Source: Pseudomonadota bacterium (GTDB lineage Bacteria > Pseudomonadota > Alphaproteobacteria > JAKJEU01). Taken from it: DNA of 32,823 bases. The notes beneath the pieces are model-generated. The model searched no databases. It was not told the origin of the DNA and saw only the letters and a program-made list of their open reading frames with translations. The stretch spans positions 1 to 32,823 of the forward strand of contig JAKJEU010000001.1 of assembly GCA_022705265.1 (NCBI GenBank), written 5' to 3'. Made by a program: the position numbers and the translations under genes. The first letter of the stretch is position 1. Each line of letters begins with the position of its first letter. Below are positions 1 to 7,999 of this stretch, piece by piece.

Positions 1-903
1 GGTTTCTGAAAAAGGCAAAGGTTGCGATACTTGTGGGGTTTCGGTTACTCGGATAGTTAAGCTTCCTTGGGCAATCGCGACCGGAGAAATTTTAACATTT
101 TCACCAATAACAATTGTTCCCGTTGATTCATCGATAATAATTTTTGCTTTATCATCAGGAGTAACTTTTAATTGTTCAAGCTTAGTTATCAAAGTTACAA
201 TATCACCTTTAAAAAGTGGTGGAATTTTAAGTTCCACAGTCGATGGATCCACTGCTTTTGCCGACCTTGTTCCTAAATAGGCATTTATTGCATCACTTAT
301 TCTTGTTGCGGTTGTGAAATCAGCATTTTTTAAAGCAAGTTTTAAATTTTCCATTTTTGAAAAATCAAAATCAATTTCTCGTTCCACCAAAGCACCATTG
401 ACTATTCTTCCGCTAGTTGGAACACCTTTTACAACACTTCCTGCTTGTCCTTCGGCTTTAAAACCACCCACAGCAACTTGACCTTGGGCGATTGCATAAA
501 CTTCGCCATCAGCACCCACCAATGGAGTTACCAACAATGTTCCTCCTTGAAGACTGTCACAGTCACCTAAGGCTGAGACTGTTACATCGATTTTTGAGCC
601 TTGTCTTGAAAAAGGAGGTAAAGTACCAGTAACCATTACAGCAGCAACATTTTTTGATTTTATATCTTGGTCTCTGGTATTAACGCCTAATCTTTCTAAC
701 ATACCGATTAAGCTTTGTTCCGTAAAAGCCATCGATTTAATGTCATCACCCGTATTATTTAAACCAACCACAAGCCCATAACCAATTAATATGTTGTCTC
801 TTACACCTTCTATATCCACGATGTCTTTTATTCTTGATACAGCAAAGGCTTGAGATGTGGTTAACATCAAGACCATTTGAATAATTATTAATAAATATCT
901 CAT
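1..903 (-). CDS. flgI: Flagellar P-ring protein FlgI (partial; C-terminus lies left of the window)
   Basis: It is absent from the ORF track because it runs off the left edge. The reverse-strand ATG at 903-901 is preceded by AAGGG. The translation is MRYLLIIIQMVLMLTTSQAFA|VSRIKDIVDIEGVRDNILIGYGLVVGLNNTGDD..., that is a signal peptide followed by the FlgI N-terminal signature (RIKDI..GVR.N.L.GYGLVVGL..TGD). The frame stays open for 301 codons down to position 1. Confidence 0.9.
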   Translation of the reverse strand, partial: MRYLLIIIQMVLMLTTSQAFAVSRIKDIVDIEGVRDNILIGYGLVVGLNNTGDDIKSMAFTEQSLIGMLERLGVNTRDQDIKSKNVAAVMVTGTLPPFSRQGSKIDVTVSALGDCDSLQGGTLLVTPLVGADGEVYAIAQGQVAVGGFKAEGQAGSVVKGVPTSGRIVNGALVEREIDFDFSKMENLKLALKNADFTTATRISDAINAYLGTRSAKAVDPSTVELKIPPLFKGDIVTLITKLEQLKVTPDDKAKIIIDESTGTIVIGENVKISPVAIAQGSLTIRVTETPQVSQPLPFSET

Positions 904-970
904 CGTTTTTACCCTTTTAACAAAGTGAGTTTGTTTAAGGTTATGCAATTTATATGCCAAAAAGATTTAT

Positions 971-999
971 TTGACGAAATGTAAATAAAGAATTATTAT
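971..999 (+). promoter_or_regulatory. Candidate sigma-70-type promoter for fliX (TTGACG-17 nt-TATTAT), positioned for a leaderless transcript
   Basis: TTGACG lies at 971-976, followed by a 17-nt spacer and TATTAT at 994-999. The fliX ATG at 1007 lies 7 nt after the -10 element, and there is no Shine-Dalgarno sequence before it. Hexamer matches are frequent by chance in AT-rich DNA. Confidence 0.3.
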
Positions 1000-1006
1000 T
1001 ATAACC

Positions 1007-1450
1007 ATGAAAATAGAAGGCACAAAAAAGAACGAAAAAGTTGAAAAATCAAGCTCAAAACCAAAACTTGGAAGCGGGTCTGATGGAATTTTGTTTGCAT
1101 CACTTTTATCTGAGGACACCTCGGTTAATGATGCAAGCCCTGTGATTTCAACTTCCCCTCTTGATGCCACTAATGCTTTGTTTGCCACTCAAATGGCAGA
1201 AGATGCTACCGCAAGAAAAGCAAGAAATTTAAGAGCCCTTAAAAAAGGTGAGAATTTATTAGACCGCCTTGAAGAAATTCGTGTTTCTCTTATTTCTGGT
1301 AACATTTCGAAAGAAAATATTATCGCTCTTGGCCAAGCGTTAAGAGCCAAACGCGAAAATGATTTGGACCCTAAATTATGCTCAATTCTTGACGAAATCG
1401 AGCTTAGAGTCGAAGTAGAGCTTGCAAAACTTTCCTTAATGTCTAAATAA
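1007..1450 (+). CDS. fliX: Class II flagellar assembly regulator FliX-like protein
   Basis: This 147-aa ORF is divergent from flgI. It has a low-complexity Ser/Ala-rich N half and a conserved C half (LLDRLEEIRVSLISG...DPKLCSILDEIELRVEVELAKL) that resembles Caulobacter FliX as I recall it. Divergent flgI/fliX is the Caulobacter arrangement. This is recognition from memory, not an alignment. Confidence 0.6.
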   Translation: MKIEGTKKNEKVEKSSSKPKLGSGSDGILFASLLSEDTSVNDASPVISTSPLDATNALFATQMAEDATARKARNLRALKKGENLLDRLEEIRVSLISGNISKENIIALGQALRAKRENDLDPKLCSILDEIELRVEVELAKLSLMSK

Positions 1451-1550
1451 AATTGTAATTTTATCCTTGCCTTTTAAATTATTGACTTTAAATTTAAAAC
1501 AATATAACTTATCCTAATTATATGAACATTAATTTTTTAAGGTGATAATA

Positions 1551-1973
1551 ATGACATTAATAACTCTACCACCAGATTATAAACCTTCTAAAAAAGAACC
1601 TTTTATGAATGAAATGCAACAAGAGTATTTCAGACAAAAGTTAATCGTTTGGAAGGAAGACTTACTTAAAAAATCGGGCGATACTTTGACCAATATGAAG
1701 GAAGAAGGTGGCTTAATTGAACCTGATATCACTGACCGTGCTTCTGCTGAAACTGAAAAAGCCTTAGAGCTTAGAACCAGAGACAGATACAGAAAGCTTA
1801 TCAACAAAATTGATGCCGCTTTGAGAAGAATTGAAAATGGCTCTTATGGTTATTGCGAGGAAACTGGCGAACCTATTAATCTTGAAAGATTAGAAGCAAG
1901 ACCTATTGTTACTTTGAGCTTAGAAGCCCAAGAAAGACATGAAAGACTTGAAAAAACTTATAACGATGAATAA
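1551..1973 (+). CDS. dksA: RNA polymerase-binding transcription factor DksA (single-Cys, non-C4 variant)
   Basis: The sequence MTLITLPPDYKPSKKEPFMNEMQQEYFRQKL... includes the coiled-coil tip motif DITDRA (DxxDxA) and a C-terminal GYCEETGEPINLERLEARPIVTLSLEAQ. The ORF track starts at GTG 1542, but ATG 1551 follows AAGGTGA and matches typical alphaproteobacterial DksA N-termini. Confidence 0.9.
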   Translation: MTLITLPPDYKPSKKEPFMNEMQQEYFRQKLIVWKEDLLKKSGDTLTNMKEEGGLIEPDITDRASAETEKALELRTRDRYRKLINKIDAALRRIENGSYGYCEETGEPINLERLEARPIVTLSLEAQERHERLEKTYNDE

Positions 1974-2000
1974 GTTAAACAAAAAAGTCAAATGATTTTA

Positions 2001-2038
2001 AAGAACCTGCTGATTAATTTTGGTGGGTTCTTTTTTTA
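2001..2038 (+). terminator. Rho-independent terminator after dksA
   Basis: AAGAACC (2001-2007) pairs with GGTTCTT (2026-2032), followed by a T-run to about 2037. Confidence 0.55.
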
Positions 2039-2075
2039 TTGCCTTCAAATTCTTTTTTTATAAACTTTTGATAAA

Positions 2076-2104
2076 TTGATTATTTGCTTTTTTTGTGATA
2101 TAAT
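2076..2104 (+). promoter_or_regulatory. Candidate extended -10 promoter for the HAD hydrolase gene
   Basis: TTGATT (2076-2081) is followed by a 17-nt spacer that ends in TG (2096-2097), giving TGaTATAAT with a perfect TATAAT at 2099-2104. This lies about 70 nt upstream of the ATG at 2177. Confidence 0.35.
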
Positions 2105-2176
2105 TAAATCACTTTAAAAATACCGTAAAAAATAAAGATTTTATAAAACTTATAAACAAAATTTTACGAGGGACTT

Positions 2177-2953
2177 ATGACAAATGTTAAAAATAAGTCC
2201 GCTGAGATGTATCTCCATGTTACAGATTACGACGATACAATCATGCCAAAAGAATCCGAGCATGATGCAAAAATTTGCAAAGATAATGCAAAAAGATATA
2301 GTGATTTTATTAAAGAAAATCCTAACATGAAGGTCGTATATTCCAGCGGACGAGTAGTAAAAGATGTAATTGATAAAATTAAACAATATAACTTACCTGA
2401 ACCTGAATATATCATTGGTTGCGTGGGTGCGGAAATTTATGATTACCGCAAAGGTGCATATATCAAAAGATGGGAAGAATTGATGCAAAAGACTAATTTT
2501 GACAGCAAAAAGATTGGTAAACTTTTATCCAATTTGAACTATCGCGAAGAAAAATATAGCTCTAAATACAAGGCTTATTACCATTTAATCAACGCAAAAG
2601 AAAGTGATATTACAACCATTGATAAATGCCTTAAATTATTTGGGATAAAGGCAAATATCAACTATTCTAAACAAAAAAATATTGAAATTGTGCCAAAGCT
2701 TGCAAACAAAGCGATTGCCATTAAATATGTGGCAAAACAAATGGGTATTTCTCATGAAAAAATCGCGATTAGTGGGGATTCTGACAATGATTATTCTATG
2801 TTTGTTACAAATTTTAGCATGAAGATTTTACCAAAAAATGCTGACGAAAGTTTAAAAACAAAAGTAGAAAACATAGCAGGTCTTTACAAATGCAAATCCG
2901 ACCGTGCTTATGGTGTGGTTGAAGGGTTATCAGAATTTATAAGAAAAAACTAA
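2177..2953 (+). CDS. HAD superfamily hydrolase, subfamily IIB (sugar-phosphate phosphatase-like; specificity unknown)
   Basis: HAD motif I is present as HVTDYDDT (DxD), the cap-proximal lysine region as KLANKAIAIKYV, and motif IV as GDSDND. A GAGGGA RBS precedes ATG 2177. An alternative start at ATG 2207 (MYLHVTDYDDT) would place motif I at the usual distance from the N-terminus. Confidence 0.7.
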   Translation: MTNVKNKSAEMYLHVTDYDDTIMPKESEHDAKICKDNAKRYSDFIKENPNMKVVYSSGRVVKDVIDKIKQYNLPEPEYIIGCVGAEIYDYRKGAYIKRWEELMQKTNFDSKKIGKLLSNLNYREEKYSSKYKAYYHLINAKESDITTIDKCLKLFGIKANINYSKQKNIEIVPKLANKAIAIKYVAKQMGISHEKIAISGDSDNDYSMFVTNFSMKILPKNADESLKTKVENIAGLYKCKSDRAYGVVEGLSEFIRKN

Positions 2954-2968
2954 GATAACCAAAAAAAT

Positions 2969-3010
2969 AAACCCCCCTTTTGGTAAAACAAAGGGGGTTT
3001 TTGTTTTTTT
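2969..3010. terminator. Strong rho-independent terminator after the HAD gene (A-run/T-run flanks, possibly bidirectional)
   Basis: CCCCCTTT (2973-2980) pairs with AAAGGGGG (2990-2997) around a 9-nt loop, followed by TTTTTGTTTTTTT. An A-rich run lies upstream. Confidence 0.75.
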
Positions 3011-3120
3011 ATCATAAGCTTATTTTTTCTTTCAAGCTCAACTCTTAACATTGTGATTAAGAGACCCCATTTCAATATTTTGTTTAAATACTACTAATTT
3101 GTAATTCATTTCATACCCCT

Positions 3121-3747
3121 TTAATAAACATATAAGAAATTATAACTATAAACTAAAATAGAGCTTCGAACTCCTGTGAATAAAAAGAATATCAGCGGAA
3201 AAGAAATAGTTAATATAGCTAATAAAATTAAAATAACCTTTCCCTTAAAAGTTGTTGGCTCCATATAACAATTATTTCTACTTATAAAGTATGATATTGT
3301 TTTTAAGGATAATAAGAAAATAATAATATACCAATTAGAGTTAACAAATAGCGATATAACAATATCAGAAAAATATGAACTAAAATCTTGACATGGTTTA
3401 TTATAAAGAAAACAAGACTCTCCAGTTAACGAGTAACAAAACCCTAAAATAGTAAAAGAAAATATTAAAAATGAATAAAATATAGAGTGATAAACTATTA
3501 TATTTTTTTGAAAATGCTTTTTTATAAATAAATAAAAGAAATGAACGGTAATCAATATAATAACTGGATTAATTATCAAACTTAATATTGACATTATATC
3601 AACATTTTTTATTTTAGAAAAAAACCATAATATATGAACAATAGAAAATGATAAATATATTACACAAACAATCATAAGTAACCACTTACAAAACTTGTAA
3701 AGTTTTCCTGCATTTTTCTCATCAAATTTGATTATTTCGTCGCTCAT
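3121..3747 (-). CDS. Hypothetical polytopic membrane protein (no family recognised)
   Basis: This 208-aa ORF has about 5-6 hydrophobic segments rich in I/F/L/Y. Its coding DNA is extremely AT-rich (several 60-nt rows are below about 20% G+C). It is monocistronic and flanked by long spacers and terminators. Coding status is supported only by ORF length and membrane-like composition. Confidence 0.55.
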   Translation of the reverse strand: MSDEIIKFDEKNAGKLYKFCKWLLMIVCVIYLSFSIVHILWFFSKIKNVDIMSILSLIINPVIILITVHFFYLFIKKHFQKNIIVYHSIFYSFLIFSFTILGFCYSLTGESCFLYNKPCQDFSSYFSDIVISLFVNSNWYIIIFLLSLKTISYFISRNNCYMEPTTFKGKVILILLAILTISFPLIFFLFTGVRSSILVYSYNFLYVY

Positions 3748-3812
3748 AAGAATCTCCTTTATTTAATTATTTATATATCAATCATATACTTATAAACATT
3801 ACTTGTAAAGAC

Positions 3813-3842
3813 AAAAAAAGAGAGGCTAACTTAACCCCTCTT
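3813..3842 (-). terminator. Candidate rho-independent terminator after glnN
   Basis: On the minus strand, GAGGGG pairs with CCUCUC (one G-U pair) around a 9-nt loop, followed by U7 (the plus-strand A-run at 3813-3819). It lies 30 nt downstream of the glnN stop. Confidence 0.5.
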
Positions 3843-3871
3843 TCTTCATCTATTTACTAAAAAATAAATTA

Positions 3872-6037
3872 TTACATATCTAAAAGCTTATTATACCTTG
3901 GATATTGCCACAACTTAGCATCGACATTTTCTTCTAAAAAGTCGGCATAAACTCTTGCTTGCTTCATCAATGGAACAATAATTTTTTGATATTTTCTTGC
4001 CTTTTCTTCTGCACTCAAAGTTTTTGACAATGAATCAATCTTTGCAATTTCGGTTTCAAGTTTTGATACAACTTCACCCAAAGCATCAGCATTCTCAGAA
4101 ATTTTTTCAATCAAATCTTTCAAAGATTTAACTGACTTTACTTGCATTTCCTTCATATTAAGATATGTTTTTGTAATATCTTTTAAATATGCATAACTTG
4201 AAGGAATTACCATAGTTTTTGCCATTTCAAGACAGCTTGACGCCTCAATTGAAATAACATTTGCATAGATATCAAGTAAAATTTCTTTTCTTGCTGTAAC
4301 TTCACGAGCCGAGAATAAATCAAAAGAAGTAAGCAATTCCAAATTTTCGCCTTTGTCCATCAACACGAATGCATCAACACAACTTTTTAAATTTGGCAAC
4401 CCTCTTCTTTCTGCTTCTTCTTCCCATTCTTTGGTATAATTATCACCAGAATTGATAACCGCCTTGTGATCTTTAAACCATGTTGCGAGCAAGTGTGGCA
4501 TGACTTCTTTAAAAGAAGTTTTCTTGGTTGCTTCTTCTAATTCTGCTGCAATTTCTTTTAATGCCGCAGCCATAGCAATCGCGATAACAATATTACTTTG
4601 AGCCACAGTTTGTGAAGAACCCACAGTTCTGAATTCAAACTTATTACCAGTAAAAGCAAAAGGAGAAGTCCGGTTTCTGTCCGAATTATCAGTAGACATA
4701 TGAGGAAGAGGAGAAGCACCGACTTTATAAAAGCCTTTTTTCTTCTTATTTTCAAGCTCATCACCTTTGATAATGCTTTCCAAAACTTCGTCCAACTGTT
4801 CACCAAGATATACTGAAACAATAGCAGGAGGAGCTTCTTTTTCACCCAATCTGTGATCATTTCCAGCACAAGAGGTCGCAAGACGGAAAGCCACTCCATA
4901 TTTATGCACCGCTTTTAATACAGCAGCCAAAAATACCAAGAATCTTGCATTTGACATCGGAGTTTTACCAGGGTCAAGCAAATTTTCGCCATCAGCACTA
5001 ACCGACCAGTTATTATGCTTACCACTTCCATTTATGCCATCAAATGGCTTTTCATGTAAAAGACAAACAAGACCGTGATCAATTGCGGTTTGCCTTAAAA
5101 CTTCCATCATCAACATATTGTGGTCACAAGCAAGATTAGCTTCTTCATAAAGTTGAGCCATCTCAAATTGAGCCGGAGCAACTTCGTTATGTCTTGTTTT
5201 AACTGGAATACCAAGTTTTAACAATCTTTGTTCAGCATCCGCCATAAAAGCCAAAGCTCTTTTTGGAATTGCACCAAAATAATGGTCTCCCATAATTTGT
5301 CCCTTAGCAGGAGGAGCACCAAAAACCGTCCTTCCACAAGAAATTAAATCAGGTCTTTTTGCAAAATCATGTTCGTCGACAAGGAAAAATTCTTGTTCAA
5401 CACCAAGATTTACAGTTACATCTTTTACTTCTTTATCACCAAAAAATTTCAAGACTTTCTTAACTTCGCCTTTTAAAGCTTCAATAGATCTTATTAACGG
5501 AACTTTTCTATCTAGTAATTCGCCATTATAAGCAATAAACAGAGATGGGATACAAAGCGTTTTAAGACCCCTTCCCTCCATAATAAAAGCAGGGGAAGAC
5601 GGATCCCACGAGGTATAACCTCTTGCTTCGAATGTAGATCTCATACCACCTGATGGGAATGAAGACGCATCAGGTTCACCCTTCATTAACGCAGAAGCAG
5701 AGAAGTGCTCTATTACATTTCCATCATCATCTCTATCTATGAAAGAATCATGCTTTTCCGCCATTTGCCCCGTCATCGGCTGGAACCAGTGCGTATAATG
5801 CGTAGCTCCGAGCGATAAAGACCATTCTTTCATTGCACATGCTATTTTCTCTGCAATTTCTTTTGTTAAAGGTATATCGTTTGTTATTGAATCCTTAAAA
5901 CTATCGAAGGTTTCTTTGTCTAACATTTTCTGCATGACTTTTTCTGTAAACACATGTTGCTGAAATACTGGAGCAATCTTCTCTTTGAACATTGGAAATT
6001 TAGTGTGTCTTACAGATTTTTTTATATTTGTTTTCAT
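3872..6037 (-). CDS. glnN: Glutamine synthetase, type III
   Basis: The product is 721 aa, the GSIII size class. GS catalytic-core motifs are present, including RHNEVAPAQFE and HEKPFDGINGSGKHNNWS. An AAGGA RBS precedes the ATG. Confidence 0.9.
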   Translation of the reverse strand: MKTNIKKSVRHTKFPMFKEKIAPVFQQHVFTEKVMQKMLDKETFDSFKDSITNDIPLTKEIAEKIACAMKEWSLSLGATHYTHWFQPMTGQMAEKHDSFIDRDDDGNVIEHFSASALMKGEPDASSFPSGGMRSTFEARGYTSWDPSSPAFIMEGRGLKTLCIPSLFIAYNGELLDRKVPLIRSIEALKGEVKKVLKFFGDKEVKDVTVNLGVEQEFFLVDEHDFAKRPDLISCGRTVFGAPPAKGQIMGDHYFGAIPKRALAFMADAEQRLLKLGIPVKTRHNEVAPAQFEMAQLYEEANLACDHNMLMMEVLRQTAIDHGLVCLLHEKPFDGINGSGKHNNWSVSADGENLLDPGKTPMSNARFLVFLAAVLKAVHKYGVAFRLATSCAGNDHRLGEKEAPPAIVSVYLGEQLDEVLESIIKGDELENKKKKGFYKVGASPLPHMSTDNSDRNRTSPFAFTGNKFEFRTVGSSQTVAQSNIVIAIAMAAALKEIAAELEEATKKTSFKEVMPHLLATWFKDHKAVINSGDNYTKEWEEEAERRGLPNLKSCVDAFVLMDKGENLELLTSFDLFSAREVTARKEILLDIYANVISIEASSCLEMAKTMVIPSSYAYLKDITKTYLNMKEMQVKSVKSLKDLIEKISENADALGEVVSKLETEIAKIDSLSKTLSAEEKARKYQKIIVPLMKQARVYADFLEENVDAKLWQYPRYNKLLDM

Positions 6038-6070
6038 GCGTTATTATCCTTCTACTTGTTTTAACAACGC
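6038..6070 (-). promoter_or_regulatory. Hairpin enclosing the glnN Shine-Dalgarno region, abutting the start codon
   Basis: In the minus-strand RNA, GCGUUGUUA (rc of 6062-6070) pairs with UAAUAACGC (rc of 6038-6046). That gives 9 bp including one G-U. The 15-nt loop AAACAAGUAGAAGGA contains the SD, and the AUG follows the 3' arm immediately. Confidence 0.3.
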
Positions 6071-6236
6071 TCTTAATCATAGCATTATTTTTGCCATCTA
6101 TTACAAGTAAAAAAATGTTACAATTTATTTTTTTTGATTTTTTTTAAAAAAAGCATCATATATAGTATACTTTAAAAAAAATAGGTATTATAATGTCGTC
6201 GAATAAAAAAAATTAAAGAAATAGGAGTTGGTTGAA

Positions 6237-7931
6237 ATGTTTAAAACATTATCATCAAAGGTAATCACTTGCGTGCTTTTAATCATGGTTATATTGTCAG
6301 GGACTATGTATTATTTTGCAATTCAAAGAGCCGAACAAGTTATTTATGCAAATCTTAAAGATTCACAAAATTCTTACATGAATACTTTTGAATCAATTTT
6401 AAAAGGAATTCAAGATCGTAAAATAACGATATCACAAGATGGAACACTTATGATTGGTGAAACAAACCTTGAAAAAGATACTTTTTATGTTGACAGAATT
6501 TCTGAAATAATAAACGGAATTGCAACTATTTTCAAAGGGGACCTTCGTGTTTCGACTTCTCTTTTAAATGAAAAAGGCGAAAGAGTTTTAGGTACAACTT
6601 TGGCAAAAAATAAAATTTATGATACAGTCATAAAAAATAAAAAAGTTTACCATGGTGAAGCAACATTATTTGGCAAACATTATTTTACCATATATAAGCC
6701 TTTGTTTGATGAAGTTACAGGCAAGCAAGTAGGAGTGTTATTTTTAGGTTCTGATTCAACAAAGTTCATCAATCAACTTGATGGACTTGGAAAAATCATG
6801 CTTTACACCTCCATCATACTTTCTTTGATTGCTGGTTTAATCATGTTTTTTGTTTTAAGAGCTCAATTTGCTCCAATTCCTATATTAAATGACCTTATTT
6901 TAAAACTTTCGAATAATGATTTGAATGTTAGCGTCCCTGAACAGTTTAAAAAAAGAACCGATGAAGTCGGCTCTCTTAGCCATTCTGTGGAAGTATTTAA
7001 AAATGCCTTAGTCAATGTCGAAAACATGACAAGAGAACAGGAAGAATTAAAAAGACAAGCTGAAATTGAAAGAAAAAAAGCAATGCTGAGCATGGCTGAT
7101 GATTTTGATAAAAATGTCGGAACCATTGTTAACATTGTTGCTTCAACCGCAACTGAAATGGAAGCAATTGCATCAACCATGGCTGATACGGCTGAAAAAG
7201 CGTCTTCACTTGCGACAACTGGTTCTGCTGCTTCTGAGCAAGCATCAACCAATGTTCAAACTGTTGCTGCTGCTGCCGAAGAATTAGCTGGTTCTATTAC
7301 CGAAATTGCAAGACAGGTGGCTGAATCTTCTAAAATTTCAAATGTTGCTGTAAAAGAATCAGAAAATACAAGCAAAACAATGGAAAAACTTTCTGAATCT
7401 GCATCACGAATTGGTGAGGTTGTTAACTTAATCAAAGATGTTGCCGATCAAACCAATCTTCTTGCCTTAAATGCTACTATCGAAGCGGCTCGTGCGGGAG
7501 ATGCTGGTAAAGGTTTTGCTGTGGTTGCTAATGAAGTTAAATCTTTGGCAAACCAAACCGCAAAAGCAACCGAAGAAATCTCTGTCCAAGTCGATGATGT
7601 CCAAAGAACCAGTAACGAAGCCGTTGATGCGATAAGTCGAATCAGAGATACGATTAACAACATGAATGAAATTTCTGGTGCTATTGCTGCTGCTATCGAA
7701 GAACAAGGTGCTGCAACCCAAGAAATTTCAAGAAATATTCAACAAGCAGCAGCAGGAACTCAGGAAGTTTCTTCTAACATTGCTGGGGTTAACGAATCAG
7801 TTAACGAAGCGGGAAGAGCTGCTGGCGATGTTAGCCTTGCTTCAAGAGAATTATCAGAACAAGGAGAAAGACTTAAACAAGAAGTTACTAAATTTATAAA
7901 AAAGATAAGAGAAGACAACAAATTATCTTAA
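6237..7931 (+). CDS. Methyl-accepting chemotaxis protein with a periplasmic Cache-like sensor and a HAMP domain
   Basis: An N-terminal TM segment is followed by a roughly 170-aa periplasmic domain ([40 protein letters not shown]..., single-Cache-like), a second TM segment and a HAMP domain. The conserved signalling hairpin [35 protein letters not shown] is present. The ORF track begins at TTG 6228, but AGGAG (6223-6227) is placed for ATG 6237. There is no C-terminal NWETF-type pentapeptide. Confidence 0.9.
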   Translation: MFKTLSSKVITCVLLIMVILSGTMYYFAIQRAEQVIYANLKDSQNSYMNTFESILKGIQDRKITISQDGTLMIGETNLEKDTFYVDRISEIINGIATIFKGDLRVSTSLLNEKGERVLGTTLAKNKIYDTVIKNKKVYHGEATLFGKHYFTIYKPLFDEVTGKQVGVLFLGSDSTKFINQLDGLGKIMLYTSIILSLIAGLIMFFVLRAQFAPIPILNDLILKLSNNDLNVSVPEQFKKRTDEVGSLSHSVEVFKNALVNVENMTREQEELKRQAEIERKKAMLSMADDFDKNVGTIVNIVASTATEMEAIASTMADTAEKASSLATTGSAASEQASTNVQTVAAAAEELAGSITEIARQVAESSKISNVAVKESENTSKTMEKLSESASRIGEVVNLIKDVADQTNLLALNATIEAARAGDAGKGFAVVANEVKSLANQTAKATEEISVQVDDVQRTSNEAVDAISRIRDTINNMNEISGAIAAAIEEQGAATQEISRNIQQAAAGTQEVSSNIAGVNESVNEAGRAAGDVSLASRELSEQGERLKQEVTKFIKKIREDNKLS

Positions 7932-7960
7932 ACCAAATATTGAATTTATAAAAATCTAAT

Positions 7961-7999
7961 AAGAGTATGTTAAAAAACTTGACATACTCTTATTTTTTT
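7961..7999 (+). terminator. Rho-independent terminator after the MCP gene
   Basis: A perfect 10-bp stem forms between AAGAGTATGT (7961-7970) and ACATACTCTT (7982-7991) around an 11-nt loop, followed by ATTTTTTT. Confidence 0.7.

Noticed and set aside
917-938. A possible CtrA box in the flgI/fliX spacer (TTAAC...TTAAG).
   Set aside because: The two TTAA half-sites are separated by 14 nt, not the 7 nt of the CtrA consensus. TTAA is very frequent in this composition.
967-1188. A 73-aa minus-strand ORF spanning the fliX 5' region and the flgI/fliX spacer.
   Set aside because: It overlaps the better-supported fliX frame and the predicted promoter. It has no RBS and a composition-driven sequence.
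3038-3109. A 23-codon micro-ORF (MNYKLVVFKQNIEMGSLNHNVKS) directly downstream of the orphan membrane gene, with an AGGGG 6 nt before its ATG.
   Set aside because: It is too short and compositionally unremarkable to support without conservation or ribosome-profiling data. It also overlaps a 7-bp inverted repeat (CTCTTAA/TTAAGAG) that may simply be 3' UTR structure.
4558-4899. A 113-aa Leu-rich same-strand ORF inside glnN.
   Set aside because: It is an out-of-frame shadow within the conserved GSIII core.
6863-7721. Antisense and out-of-frame ORFs inside the MCP gene (6863..7252 minus, 129 aa; 7099..7287 plus; 7448..7721 minus; 7666..7899 plus).
   Set aside because: These are shadow frames of the Ala/Glu/Thr-rich signalling domain. 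They have low-complexity products and no RBS, and they lie fully inside a confidently identified gene.
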